From: Squalus acanthias
Lineage: Eukaryota
Assembly: GCA_030390025.1 (NCBI GenBank)
Contig: JASTWF010000359.1
Coordinates: forward strand, 372,001-436,000
Length of the DNA stretch: 64,000 nt
Direction: 5' to 3'
Positions 54,197 through 64,000 of the stretch are shown piece by piece. Both the position numbers and the translations under genes were made by a program. The first letter of the stretch is position 1; every line of letters starts with the position of its first letter. The notes under the pieces are model-generated. The model made no database searches. It was not told the origin of the DNA and was given only the letters and a program-made list of their open reading frames with translations.

Positions 54197-55305
54197 CACT
54201 GTGTTGCTGGACATCCGAAAGTACAGGATTCATTGAGGGCAGCCATGTGACCCTCTGGGCTTCAGGTAGCTGCTCCTTCTCTGCTGATAGCACTCGGTCT
54301 CCCTCACTCGTGCCCTGCGATTTATGGGGTGCTGCCTTTTCAAGCTCACTAACTGCATCCTCTGGGATGCATGCAGCTGAGCTGGGCTTCTGCGAAAGTT
54401 TGCATCGTGTCTGGAATGGCTATATTACATTGCCTGCTTTAGATGTTCTATTTATGACAGAGAAATATTTAAAGCCAGTGTGGTCTCTTTGTGCACTAAC
54501 ATTTGTCACGGCGCCATGTGCTATGTGATGTGACATGAAGCAGACGAGCATCTGTCAGCAAGATGTGTCATATTTTATATCAGCAGGAACCATTCCTTCA
54601 GATGAACTGTACTTAAAGGAACTTGTCACAAACCTCTTGCTAATGCCAGCACAGCACTGCTTGCTGCTGTCCCCAACATGAGCCGGAACAAGAGTGTCAT
54701 TAGGCCAAGACATTAGTCCCAACATTCAACGGGTGACCATCCCGATGGCTATGTCAGGATCGCGCCTATCAGTGCCCTTCACCATTGACCCCCACCACAA
54801 TTGGTGGAGTCAGTTGGACCGCACATCGTCCGCATCAAGTGCCACTTGGGGTGTATCTTTGGTGCCCGCATGTTCCGTACCAGTGGAAATTCAGCTAGCT
54901 ACTTCCGTGTGTGGGGGAGGGGGTGCCTAGGCCCACTCCCCTGAGTCTGGCGGTGCTCCTATCGAGCAATGGGATCCAGGATCATTGTTTTTTCTTCTTT
55001 GGGTAACCAAGACACTTGCTGGGCCTAGACTCCCACCCCCAGCCCCCCCTCGTGGAGGCTAGAACACCTCAGCTTTCTCAGTGTGCCAGCCACCTACTAC
55101 GCTTGGCTCCCAGTGATCCTCAGGAGCAGGAACTCACACTTGGGGGTCCCTGCCCTGATTCTGCCTCCTCAGGCCCTCTCCTGCATTATTAGGGACGGTC
55201 CAATAGTCTGCCTGTTGCAACCAGAACACTTCCAGAAACGGGGGAAACCCTATATCACTGGGTCTGCCCTGCTTCCTGAGATGGTTCCAGTTATGTCCCA
55301 TTGAA

Positions 55306-55319
55306 GTTACCATGGAGAC
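55306..55319. promoter_or_regulatory. RFX X-box-like motif
   Basis: GTTACCATGGAGAC (reverse complement GTCTCCATGGTAAC) fits the X-box consensus GTYNCCATGGYAAC. Motif match only. Confidence 0.3.
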
Positions 55320-55352
55320 CAGTATGAACCCCCATGGAACCACAGGGTCATT

Positions 55353-55681
55353 ATAAGAACATAAGAAATAGGAGCAGGAGTCGGCCATTCGGCCCCTCGA
55401 GCCTGCTCCGCCATTCAATAAGATCATGGCTGATCTTCTACCGCAACTCCACTTTCCTGCATTATCCCCATATCCCTTGATGCCCTTAATATTCAAAAAT
55501 CTATCGATCTCTGTCTTGAATATACTCAATGACTGAGCCTCCACAGCCCTCTGGGGTAGAGAATACCAAAGATTCACCACCCTCTGAATGAAGAAATTTC
55601 TCCTCATCTCAGTCCTAAGTGGCTGACCCCTTATTCTGAGACTGTGACCCCTGGCTCTAGACTCCCCAGCCAGGGGAAACA
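55353..55681 (-). mobile_element. Short 3' fragment of CR1
   Basis: Minus strand encodes FPLAGESRARGHSLRIRG...GYGDNAGKWS, then the hairpin UTR and (TTCTTATG) tail. Confidence 0.92.
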
Positions 55682-55683
55682 AT

Positions 55684-56940
55684 AAACAACAACTTGCATT
55701 TATATAGCACCTTTGAAGTAAAAGAAAAGAAAGACTTGCATTTCTATAGCGCCTTTCACCACCACCAGACGTCCCAAAGCGCTTTACAGCCCATGAAGTA
55801 CTATTTGAAGTGTAGTCACTGTTGTAATGTAGGAAACGCAGCAGCCAATTTGTGCACAGCAAGCTCCCACAAACAGCAATGTGATAATGACCAGATAATG
55901 TTTTAGTGATGTTGCCAGGACACCGTGGAGAACTCCCCAGCTCTTCTTTGGAATAGTGCCATGGGATCTTTTACGTCCACCTGAGAGAGCAGGCGGGGCC
56001 TCAGTTTAACGCCTCATCCAAAAGATGGCGCCTCCAACAGTGCAGCACTCCCTCAGCACTGCACTGGAGTTTCAGCCTGGATTTTTGTGCTCAAGCCTCC
56101 CAAGGCACTTCATAGATATGGAAGGAAAATTGACCACTGAGCCAAAGAAGGTCAAATTGGGAGGGTGACCAAAAGTTCGGTCAAGTTGATGGGTCTTAAG
56201 CAAAGAGGGAGTGGCAGAGGAGCGTATGGAGGGAATTCTAGAATGTGGGGCCAATGAAGTAATTGAGTGTGCAGACGTGGGAAGAGAAGACATTTTCAGA
56301 GGACCTCTGGCTATGCTCGGATAGATAAGAGCAGATTCAAGCAAGGGCAGGCCCAGCGAAATGGACAACGGAGGAGAGGCATTGAAGGAGGACAATGTGG
56401 TCAACAGTGTCAAAGGATGCAGACAGGTGGAGAAGGACGAGGAGGGCTAGTTTACCACGGTCACAGTCACATAGGACGCCATTTGTGACTTTGATTAAGG
56501 CTGTTTCAGTGCTGTGGCAGGGGCGGAAACCTGATTGGAGGGATTCAAACATGGAGTTCTGGAAAAGATGGGCTCGGATTTTAGAGGTGACAACATGTTC
56601 AAGGACTTTGGAAAGGAAAGGGAGCTTGGAGATAGGGCGGTAGCCAGAGAGAATCGAGGGTCGAGGTTGGGTTTGTTGAGTCAGGGGTATGGATGGTGGT
56701 TTTGAAAGGGACAGGGACAGTACCTGAGGAGAGAGAATCATTCACAATATCAGCTAACATGGGGATCGGGTTGTAGGAGCAGAAGACGGGTCTCATGGGC
56801 AAGATGCGAGAAATAAACTATAGAGGGCTATGGTGGAGGGACTGAGGGGCGGTTGGTTTAATGGGCAAGGGGAGGGGGAGCAGCGGAGGCAGCTGAAAGG
56901 ATGGTCTCTATCTCAGCGATGAAGAAACACATGAGCTTGT
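55684..56940 (-). mobile_element. Degenerate L2-clade LINE with a large internal deletion, interrupted near its tail by a DeuSINE
   Basis: RT fragment YRPISKLPFLSKVLE...QSGFRPCHSTETAL...DTVDH (56337-56741; the HSTETAL motif is L2-type). ORF2 end and 3' UTR at ~56098-56250; tail GCTATATAAATGCAAGTTGTTG at ~55684-55710. Confidence 0.8.
55720..56097 (-). mobile_element. Deu-domain SINE (SacSINE1/AmnSINE1-like), 5'-truncated
   Basis: Minus strand has GTGCAGTGCTGAGGGAGTGCTGCAC...GTAAAAGATCCCATGGCACTATT...CTGGTCATTATCACATTGCTGTTTGTGGGAGCTTGCTGTGC...GAAAGGCGCTATAGAAATGCAAGTCTTTC; homologous to 62168-62531. Confidence 0.85.
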
Positions 56941-57124
56941 TCGATTTGACACGTGCCAGCTCCAGGTTGACATTGTCTCACTGGCACCTACTGCACTGAC
57001 CTTGCGTGGATGCAATCTTCAGACACGTCAAAATGGTCGCTCCTCTGCATACCTGCCCAACTTAGGAAATGAGCAAAAGCTGACCAGCAGCTTCTAAAAA
57101 CCTGACACAGCCCCAGACAGCCCC

Positions 57125-57763
57125 TTGCTCTTGTCCAACAGGTTCGAGGTTCTTACTCCCTGTGGGGACGGGAGCAGGGACTGCAGGGAGGATGAGCAAC
57201 CTGGCCACAGCACCGTGGAACGGGGGGCCATTCAAGAGGGGGGAGTAAATAGAAATGTTGTAGTGGTAGGGGATAGTATTATTAGGGGGATAGATAGAGT
57301 TCTCTGCAGCTGAGAGCAAGAGTCCCGTAGGCTGTGTTGCCTGCCCAGTGCCAGGGTTAAGGACATCTCCTCTGGGCTGGAAAGAAACTTGCAGTGGGAG
57401 GGGGTGGATCCAGTTGTCGTGGTCCATGTTGGTACAAACGACGTAGATAGGACAAGGAAGCCGGTTCTGTTAAAGGAGTATGAGCAGCTAGGGGTCAAAT
57501 TAAAAAACAGAACCTCAAGGGTAATAATCTCTGGATTATTACCTGAGCCACGAGCGAATTTGGCTAGGACAAATAAAATTAGAGAGTTAAATGAGTGGCT
57601 CAAAGACTGGTGTGGGAGAAATGGGTTTTGCTTCCTGGGACACTGGCACCAGTACTGGGGCAGGAGGGAGCTGTTCCGTTGGGACGGGCTTCACTTGGCC
57701 AGTGCTGGGACTAGAGTCCTGCTGGATCATATAACTAGGGCTGTAGAGAGGGCTTTAAACTAA
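57125..57763 (+). pseudogene. CR1 ORF1, SGNH/GDSL esterase-like domain, with one premature stop
   Basis: LSNRFEVL, VVVGDSIIR (block I), LPSARV (block II, usually PGA), VHVGTND (block III), DGLHL (block V). In-frame TGA at 57311-57313, plausibly CGA>TGA CpG decay. Confidence 0.88.
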
Positions 57764-57804
57764 CTAGTTGGGGGGGGGAGGTTCCTAGAGAGCAAATAAT
57801 AAAA

Positions 57805-60757
57805 ATGACAACAGAGAAGGTCATAGACTTAGGTAGCAGTGGGGAAATTAAAAACCAGAGTGTGTCAGGAAGGGGCAGAAGGTATGGAGTAAAAGGTAAA
57901 GTAATAAAAAGGGTAAAAGCAGGAACTAAGTGTCACAAAACATATTTGAAAGTTCTCTATCTGAATGCACGTAGCATTCGTAACAAAATAGACGAGTTAA
58001 TGGCACAAATAACTACATATGGGTATGATCTTGTGGCCATTACAGAAACATGGCTGCAGGGTGACAATGCCTGGGAATTAAACATACCAGGTTATTTAAC
58101 GATCAGGAAGGACAGGCAGGAAGGAAGGGGAGGTGGGGTGGCTATGTTAATAAAGGAAGGAATCACTGTAATACAGAGAAATGATATTGGGTCAAAAGAT
58201 CAGGATAATGAAACAGTTTGGGTGGAGATAAGGAATAATAAGGGGAAAAAAACACTAGTGGGCGCAGTCTATAGGCCTCCGAACAGTTGCAAATCTGTTG
58301 GACGGAGTATCAATCAGGAAATAGTTGAGGCTTGTAATAAGGGAACATCTATGGGGGATTTTAACTATCATATTAATTGGACAAATCAAATTGGGCAGGG
58401 CTGCCTTGAGGATGAGTTCATTGAGTGTATTAGGGATGGGTTTCTTGAGCAGTATGTAACTGAACCGACCAGGGGGCAAGCAACCTTAGATCTGGTCCTG
58501 TGCAACGAGACAGGATTAATTAAAAATGTCCTAGTAAAGGATCCCCTTGGAATGAGTGACCATAACATGGTTGAATTCCATATTCAATTAGAGGGTGAGA
58601 AGGTTGGATCTCAAACAAGCGTGCTAAGCTTGAATAAAGGAGACTATGAAGGTATGCGAGCGGAATTGAGTAGAGTGGATTGGGAAAATAGATTAAAGGG
58701 TAAGACGATACATGATCAGTGGTGTACATTTAAGGAGTTATTTTACAACTTCCAAAAAATATATATTCCACTGAGAAGAAAAGGGTGTAAAAGAAAAGAC
58801 AGTCATCCGTGGCTAAGTAAAGAAATTAAGGATAGTATTCGACTAAAAACAAGGGCTTATAAGGTAGCCAAATCTAGTGGGAGGATAGAGGATTGGGAAA
58901 ACTTTAAAAGACAGCAAAAAATAACAAAAAGATTGATTAAGAAAGGGAAGATAGATTATGAAAGTAAATTAGCAAAAAATATAAAAACAGATAGTAAGAG
59001 TTTTTATAGTTATATAAAAAGAAAAAGGGTGGCTAAAGTAAATGTTGGTCCCTTAGAGGATGAGACCAGGAAATTAATGGTGGGAAATATGGAGATGGCA
59101 AATACACTGAATGAATATTTTGTATCAGTCTTTACAGTAGAGGACACTAAGAATATCCCAACAGGGGGTTGGAGATTCACAGGGGGCTATAGGGGGGGAG
59201 GAGCTAAACACGATCAAAATCACTAAGGAAGTGGTACTCGGTAAAATAATGGGACTCAAGGCGGGTAAATCACCTGGACCTGATGGCTTACATCCTAGGG
59301 TCTTGAGGGAAGTGGCGGTAGGGATTGTGGATGCATTGGTAATAATTTTCCGAAACTCCCTGGACTCAGCAAAGATCCCGGCAGACTGGAAAACTGCTAA
59401 TGTAACACCCTTATTTAAAAAGGGCAGTAGACAGAAGGCTGGAAACTATAGACCGGTTAGCCTAACATCTGTGGTAGGTAAAATTTTGGAGTCCATTATT
59501 AAGGAGACAGTAATGGGACATTTGGATAATCATAATTTAATAGGACAAAGTCAGCATGGTTTTATGAAGGGGAAGTCATGTTTGACAAATTTGCTGGAGT
59601 TCTTTGAGGAAGTAACATACAGGGTGGATAAAGGGGAACCATTGGATGTGGTGTATTTAGACTTCCAAAAGGCATTTGACAAGGTGCCACACAAAAGATT
59701 ATTGCTTAAAATAAAAAATCACGGGATTGGGGGTAATATTCTGGCATGGATAGAGGATTGGCTATCTAACAGAAGGCAGAGAGTTGGGATAAATGGTTCA
59801 TTCTCAGACTGGCAATCAGTAACTAGTGGTGTTCCGCAGGGGTCAGTGCTGGGTCCCCAACTCTTTACAATCTATATTAACGATTTGGAGGAGGGGACCG
59901 AGTGTAACATATCAAAGTTTGCAGATGATACTAAGATGGGAGGGAAAGTAGTGAGTGAGGAGGACATAAAAAATCTGCAAGGGGACATAGACAGGCTCAG
60001 TAAGTGGGCAGAGATTTGGCAGATGGCATACAATACTGGAAAGTGTGAGGTTATGCACTTTGGCAGGAAAAATAGTAGAGCAAGTTATTATCTTAATGGC
60101 AAGAAATTGGAAAGTACTGAAGTACAAAGGGATCTGGGGGTCCTAGTGCACGAAACTCAAAAGGTTAGTATGCAGGTGCAGCAAGTGATTAAGAAGGCCA
60201 ATGGAATGTTGGCTTTCATTGCTAGGGGGATGGAATATAAAAATAGGGAGGTATTGCTTCAGTTGTACAAGGTATTGGTGAGACCACACCTGGAATACTG
60301 CATACAGTTTTGGTGTCCATACTTAAGAAAAGACATACTTGCTCTCGAGTCAGTACAAAGAAGGTTCACTCGGTTAATCCCAGGGATGAGGGGATGGACA
60401 TATGAGGAGAGGTTGGGTAGATTGGGACTCTACTCATTGGAGTTCAGAAGAATGAGAGGCGATCTTATTGAAACATATAAGATTGTGAAGGGGTTGGATC
60501 GGGTGGATGCGGGGAGGATGTTCCCGATGATGGGTGAAACTAGAACTAGGGGGCATAGTCTTAGAATAAGGGGCTGCTCTTTCAAAACTGAGATGAGAAG
60601 GAACTACTTCACTCAGAGGGTGGTAGGTCCATGGAATATGCTGCCCCAAAAAGCTGTAGAAGCTACATCATTACATAAATTTAAAACAGAAATAGACAGT
60701 TTCCTAGAAGTAAAGGGAATTAAGGGTTACGGGGAGCGGGCAGGAATTTGGACATGA
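57805..60757 (+). pseudogene. CR1 ORF2 (APE endonuclease + reverse transcriptase) split by a single +1 frameshift
   Basis: EN motifs YLNARS, AITETW, YRPP, GDFN, LDL, SDH; RT motifs [25 protein letters not shown]. ORFs 57805-59226 and 59231-60757 join if one G is removed from the G5 run at 59164-59168. Confidence 0.9.
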
Positions 60758-61113
60758 GTCTAGGTTCGGATCGGTCATGGCCCTGTGGGTAGCGTAGCGG
60801 GCCCAGGGGCTGTGTAGCCTGATCCTGCTCCTATTTCGTGTGTCCAATTCTGTTAGATTCAGGAGATGGTTCTGTGATAGTAGATTGGCGGTTAGGATCA
60901 GATCAGCCATGATCTTATTGAATGGCGGAGCAGGCTCGAGGGGCCAATTGGCCTACTCCTGCTCCTATTTCTTATGTTCTTATGTTCAGGCAAAGCTTAT
61001 GATCCAGTCATATTATGCCGGAATAAGCAAAAAACTTTAAAATGAGCTTGAATATAAGCCTGTGACATGTGCAAACAAGTAGTTACACTGAAAGTGCAGT
61101 GGAACTCTGGCTT

Positions 61114-62199
61114 GTGCAGTACTGAGCGAGTGCTGCACTGTCGGAGGGGCAGTACTGAGGGAGCGCTGCACTGTTGGAGGGGCAGTACTGAGGGAGCGCT
61201 GCACTGTTGGAGGGGCAGTACTGAGGGAGCGCTGCACTGTCGGAGGGGCAGTACTGAGGGAGCGCTGCACTGTCGGAGGGTCAGTGCTGAGGAAGTGCTG
61301 CACTGTCGGAGGGGCAGTACTGAGGGAGCGCTGCACTGTCGGAGGGTCAGTGCTGAGGAAATGCTGCACTGTCGGAGGGGCAGTACTGAGGGAGTGCTGC
61401 ACTGTCGGAGGGGCAGTACTGAGGGAGCGCCGCACTGTCGGAGGGGCAGTACTGAGGGAGCGCTGCACTGTCGCGGGGCAGTACTGAGGGAGCGCCGCAC
61501 TGTCGGAGCGGCAGTACTGAGGGAGCGCCGCACTGTCGCGGGGCAGTACTGAGGGAGCGCCGTACTGTCGGAGGGGCAGTACTGAGGGAGCGCTGCACTG
61601 TCAGAGGGGCGGTACTGAGGGAGCGCTGCACTGTCGGAGGGGCAGTACTGAGTGAGCGCTGCACTGTCAGAGGGGCAGTACTGAGGGAGAGCTGCACTGT
61701 CGGAGGGGCAGTACTGAGGGAGCGCTGCACTGTCGGAGGGGCAGTACTGAGGGAGCGCCGCACTGTCAGAGGGGCAGTACTGAGGGAGCGCCGCACTGTC
61801 GGAGGGGCAGTACTGAGGGAGCGCCGCACTGTCGGAGGGTCAGTACTGAGGGAGCGCCGCACTGTCAGAGGGGCAGTACTGAGGGAGAGCTGCACTGTCG
61901 GAGGGGCAGTACTGAGGGAGAGCTGCACTGTCGGAGGGGCAGTACTGAGGGAGCGCTGCACTGTCGGAGGGGCAGTACTGAGGGAGCGCCGCACTGTCAG
62001 AGGGGCAGTACTGAGGGAGAGCTGCACTGTGGGAGGGGCAATACTGAGGGAGCGCCGCACTGTCGGAGGGGCAGTACTGAGGGAGCGCCGCACTGTCGGA
62101 GGGGCAGTACTGAGGGAGCGCTGCACTGTCGGAGGGGCAGTACTGAGGGAGCGCTGCACTGTCACGGGCAGTACTGAGGGAGTGCTGCACTGTCGGAGG
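61114..62199. repeat. 33-bp GC-rich minisatellite derived from a DeuSINE internal segment, ~33 copies
   Basis: Unit GCAGTACTGAGGGAGCGC(T/C)GCACTGTCGGAGGG; the last unit runs directly into the SINE body (GGAGGTGCCGTCTTTCGGATGAGACG). Confidence 0.97.
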
Positions 62200-62531
62200 T
62201 GCCGTCTTTCGGATGAGACGGTAAACCAAGGCCCCGTCTGCTCTCTCAGGTGGATATAAAAGATCCCACGGCACTATTTCGAAGAAGAGCAGGGGAGTTC
62301 TCCCGGTGTCCTGAGCCAAAATTTATCCCTAAATCAACGTAACAAAACAGATGATCTGGTCATTGTCACATTACTGTTTGTGGGAGCTTGCTGTGCGCAG
62401 ATTGACTGCTGCGTTTCCTACATTACAACAGTGACTACACTCCAAAAATATTCACTGGCTGTAAAGCGCTTTGAGACGTCCGGTGGTTGTGAAAGGCGCT
62501 GGAGAAATGCAAGTCTTTTTTTGTTTCTTTC
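61114..62531 (+). mobile_element. Deu-domain SINE (SacSINE1/AmnSINE1-like), headless, carrying the expanded minisatellite
   Basis: Body 62168-62531 is homologous to the minus-strand copy at 55720-56097; ends GAAAGGCGCTGGAGAAATGCAAGTCTTT. Confidence 0.87.
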
Positions 62532-63337
62532 AGATATTTCTTCATTCCTTTTCCTTGGTCTCATTTCATCTCCGTCCTCTTCCTCTATCACCGCACTGAT
62601 CACATCCCTAATGTCAGATCCTATTGAGAAATGGCTGCTGCCGATATATTGATCTGTGTTGCAGTAGAAATAAAACCTGCTTCAAATAAGATTTGTAGCC
62701 CAAGTGAAGTAAATGTTTCAAGAAACAAAATGAGAGAACAGCTTGAGTTCAAGTGAGATCTGCTCCAACCGGCCGCTTGATTCCCTTGGGGGGGCAGGTG
62801 TATCACTGGAAGAGACCCAGAACTGCCGGTGTAACCAGCCCAGCTTTCCTCGAGGCACCTTCATGAAATATTCACGGTGCGCGGCCAGCTCTGATTGTGC
62901 CCTGTAACGGCAGATTGTCATTGGTGCATGAAGGAGATGGTGAGGGCGGGGGGAGGAAATTCCAGTACTGCTGCAGCAATTGAAAGGGTCAATGCAGCCA
63001 TCTTGTGTCGGTAACAATGTGGCTGGTGCTTGTTCAGGACACTGAGCCCACAGAATTACAGGCTCTTCAGTTGAGGTGTTACTGTCTGTAATCCGGCAAA
63101 GGAGGATCCAACTTTTTGTCCCTGAGGGAAGGAGGCCCACAAAGGGCCTGATCCAGGCCCATGGAAGGAGGAGGCCTGCTCGATTAGGAGTCCCGTTGAC
63201 TCATGGATCAGATTGTAGCGCAGTTTGGTCGTTGAGTGTAGGTTCCTGAGCGGAGTCATGAGTCAAGTGTGCAGGGCATTGCCTTTGTCTCCAAGCAGCC
63301 AGCCTCTCACTTGCTTGGTGGGGACCCTGTGTAATAT

Positions 63338-63620
63338 TCCATCCCCCTCCCTGGCCCACTGTCTGAGGCTGAACCAGACCCTTCACAACCTTGGCATCCT
63401 CTTTGACCCCAAGCTGAGCTTCCGACCTTATACCCTGGTCATCACCAAGCCCGCCTATCTCTGTCACATCCTCTAATTCTGGCCTCTTGAGTATCCCCAA
63501 TTTCCATCGCTCCACCATTGGCGGCCGTACCTTCAGCAGTCTAGGCCCTAAGCTCTGGAATTCCCTCCCTAAACCTCTCTCTCTTTCTACCTCGCGCTCC
63601 TCCTTTAAGACCGTCCTTAA
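63338..63620 (+). mobile_element. L2 LINE ORF2 C-terminal remnant with internal deletion
   Basis: Encodes LRLNQTLHNLGILFDPKLSFRP and STIGGRTFSSLGPKLWNSLPKPL...SSFKTVL. Confidence 0.8.
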
Positions 63621-63761
63621 CAACAACAACTTGCATTTATATAGCGACTTAAACGTAGCAAAACTTCCCAAGGCGTTTCACAGGAGTGTAATCAGACGCC
63701 GAGCCACACAAAGAGATATTCGGACAGGAGACCAAAAACTTGGTCAAAGAGGCAGGTTTTA
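63621..63761 (-). mobile_element. L2 3' UTR and tail in inverted orientation
   Basis: Minus strand TAAAACCTGCCTCTTTGACCAAG...CTCCTGTGAAACGCCTTGGGA...GCTATATAAATGCAAGTTGTTGTTG. Confidence 0.8.
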
Positions 63762-63764
63762 GCA

Positions 63765-63845
63765 TTTGCTCACCTGCCCTAATATCTCCAATGTGGCTCG
63801 GTGTCCAACTTTGTCTGATTTACGCTCCTGTGAAGTGCCTTGGGA
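63765..63845 (+). mobile_element. L2 3' UTR remnant (no tail)
   Basis: TTTGCTCACCTGCCCTAATATCTCC...GTGGCTCGGTGTC...CTCCTGTGAAGTGCCTTGGGA, homologous to the inverted piece immediately upstream. Confidence 0.75.
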
Positions 63846-64000
63846 GGAAGAGAGCGTGACAGCACCTCGCATTGGAACTCGGGTCAGCTCGCATTGTTCC
63901 TCTTTATTTCAGCGGCTTAACTGTCACAAGCCTGCCTGTAATTACTGTGTGAGGTGGGAGGGCGAGGGATAATCAGGGCGGGGGAGACCAGTTCACCCAC

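Larger units (their letters stand above)
57113..60987 (+). mobile_element. Near full-length CR1 LINE (5' end of ORF1 missing) with extended 3' UTR
   Basis: ORF1 esterase, then ORF2 APE endonuclease + RT, then hairpin and (TTCTTATG)2 tail. The 5' boundary is approximate. Confidence 0.95.

Noticed and set aside
62200..62225. Hairpin CCGTCT-TTCGGATG-AGACGG with GATGA reminiscent of a hammerhead ribozyme core
   Set aside because: Lacks the CUGAUGA...GAAA core in a three-helix arrangement; it is a normal part of the SINE body.
60997..62319. ORFs with STAPPTVQRSL / QYCPSDSAALP repeats
   Set aside because: Translations of the 33-bp SINE-derived minisatellite on both strands; no coding signal.

Overview
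Eukaryotic, repeat-dominated DNA, most likely from a cartilaginous fish (inferred from CR1 LINEs with short hairpin + octamer tails, Deu-domain SINEs and L2 remnants). About 48 kb (2014-50461) is one tandem array of a 30-bp monomer (CCCACAGTCTCTCACTCTAACCCATTCTTA, roughly 1,540 copies). The monomer is built from three related 10-mers, is extremely strand-asymmetric, contains a telomere-like TAACCC, and shows kb-scale higher-order repeats. One young, 5'-truncated CR1 with an open ORF2 interrupts the array (11902-14068). The flanks hold a 19-bp minisatellite, nested CR1 copies, a near full-length CR1 (esterase ORF1, EN/RT ORF2), L2 fragments and two DeuSINEs, one of which has grown a 33-bp minisatellite. 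No host protein-coding gene, RNA gene or CRISPR array can be firmly supported; all long low-complexity ORFs are repeat artefacts. I found no convincing new protein-based system. The best leads are structural: a single T/C polymorphism that switches a canonical G-quadruplex motif on and off along the satellite, a templated 24-nt internal copy at the 5' junction of the young CR1, a CR1 with a decayed plus an intact 3' tail module, a SINE-hairpin-derived minisatellite, an L2 fold-back, and two RFX X-box-like motifs in the unique flanks.
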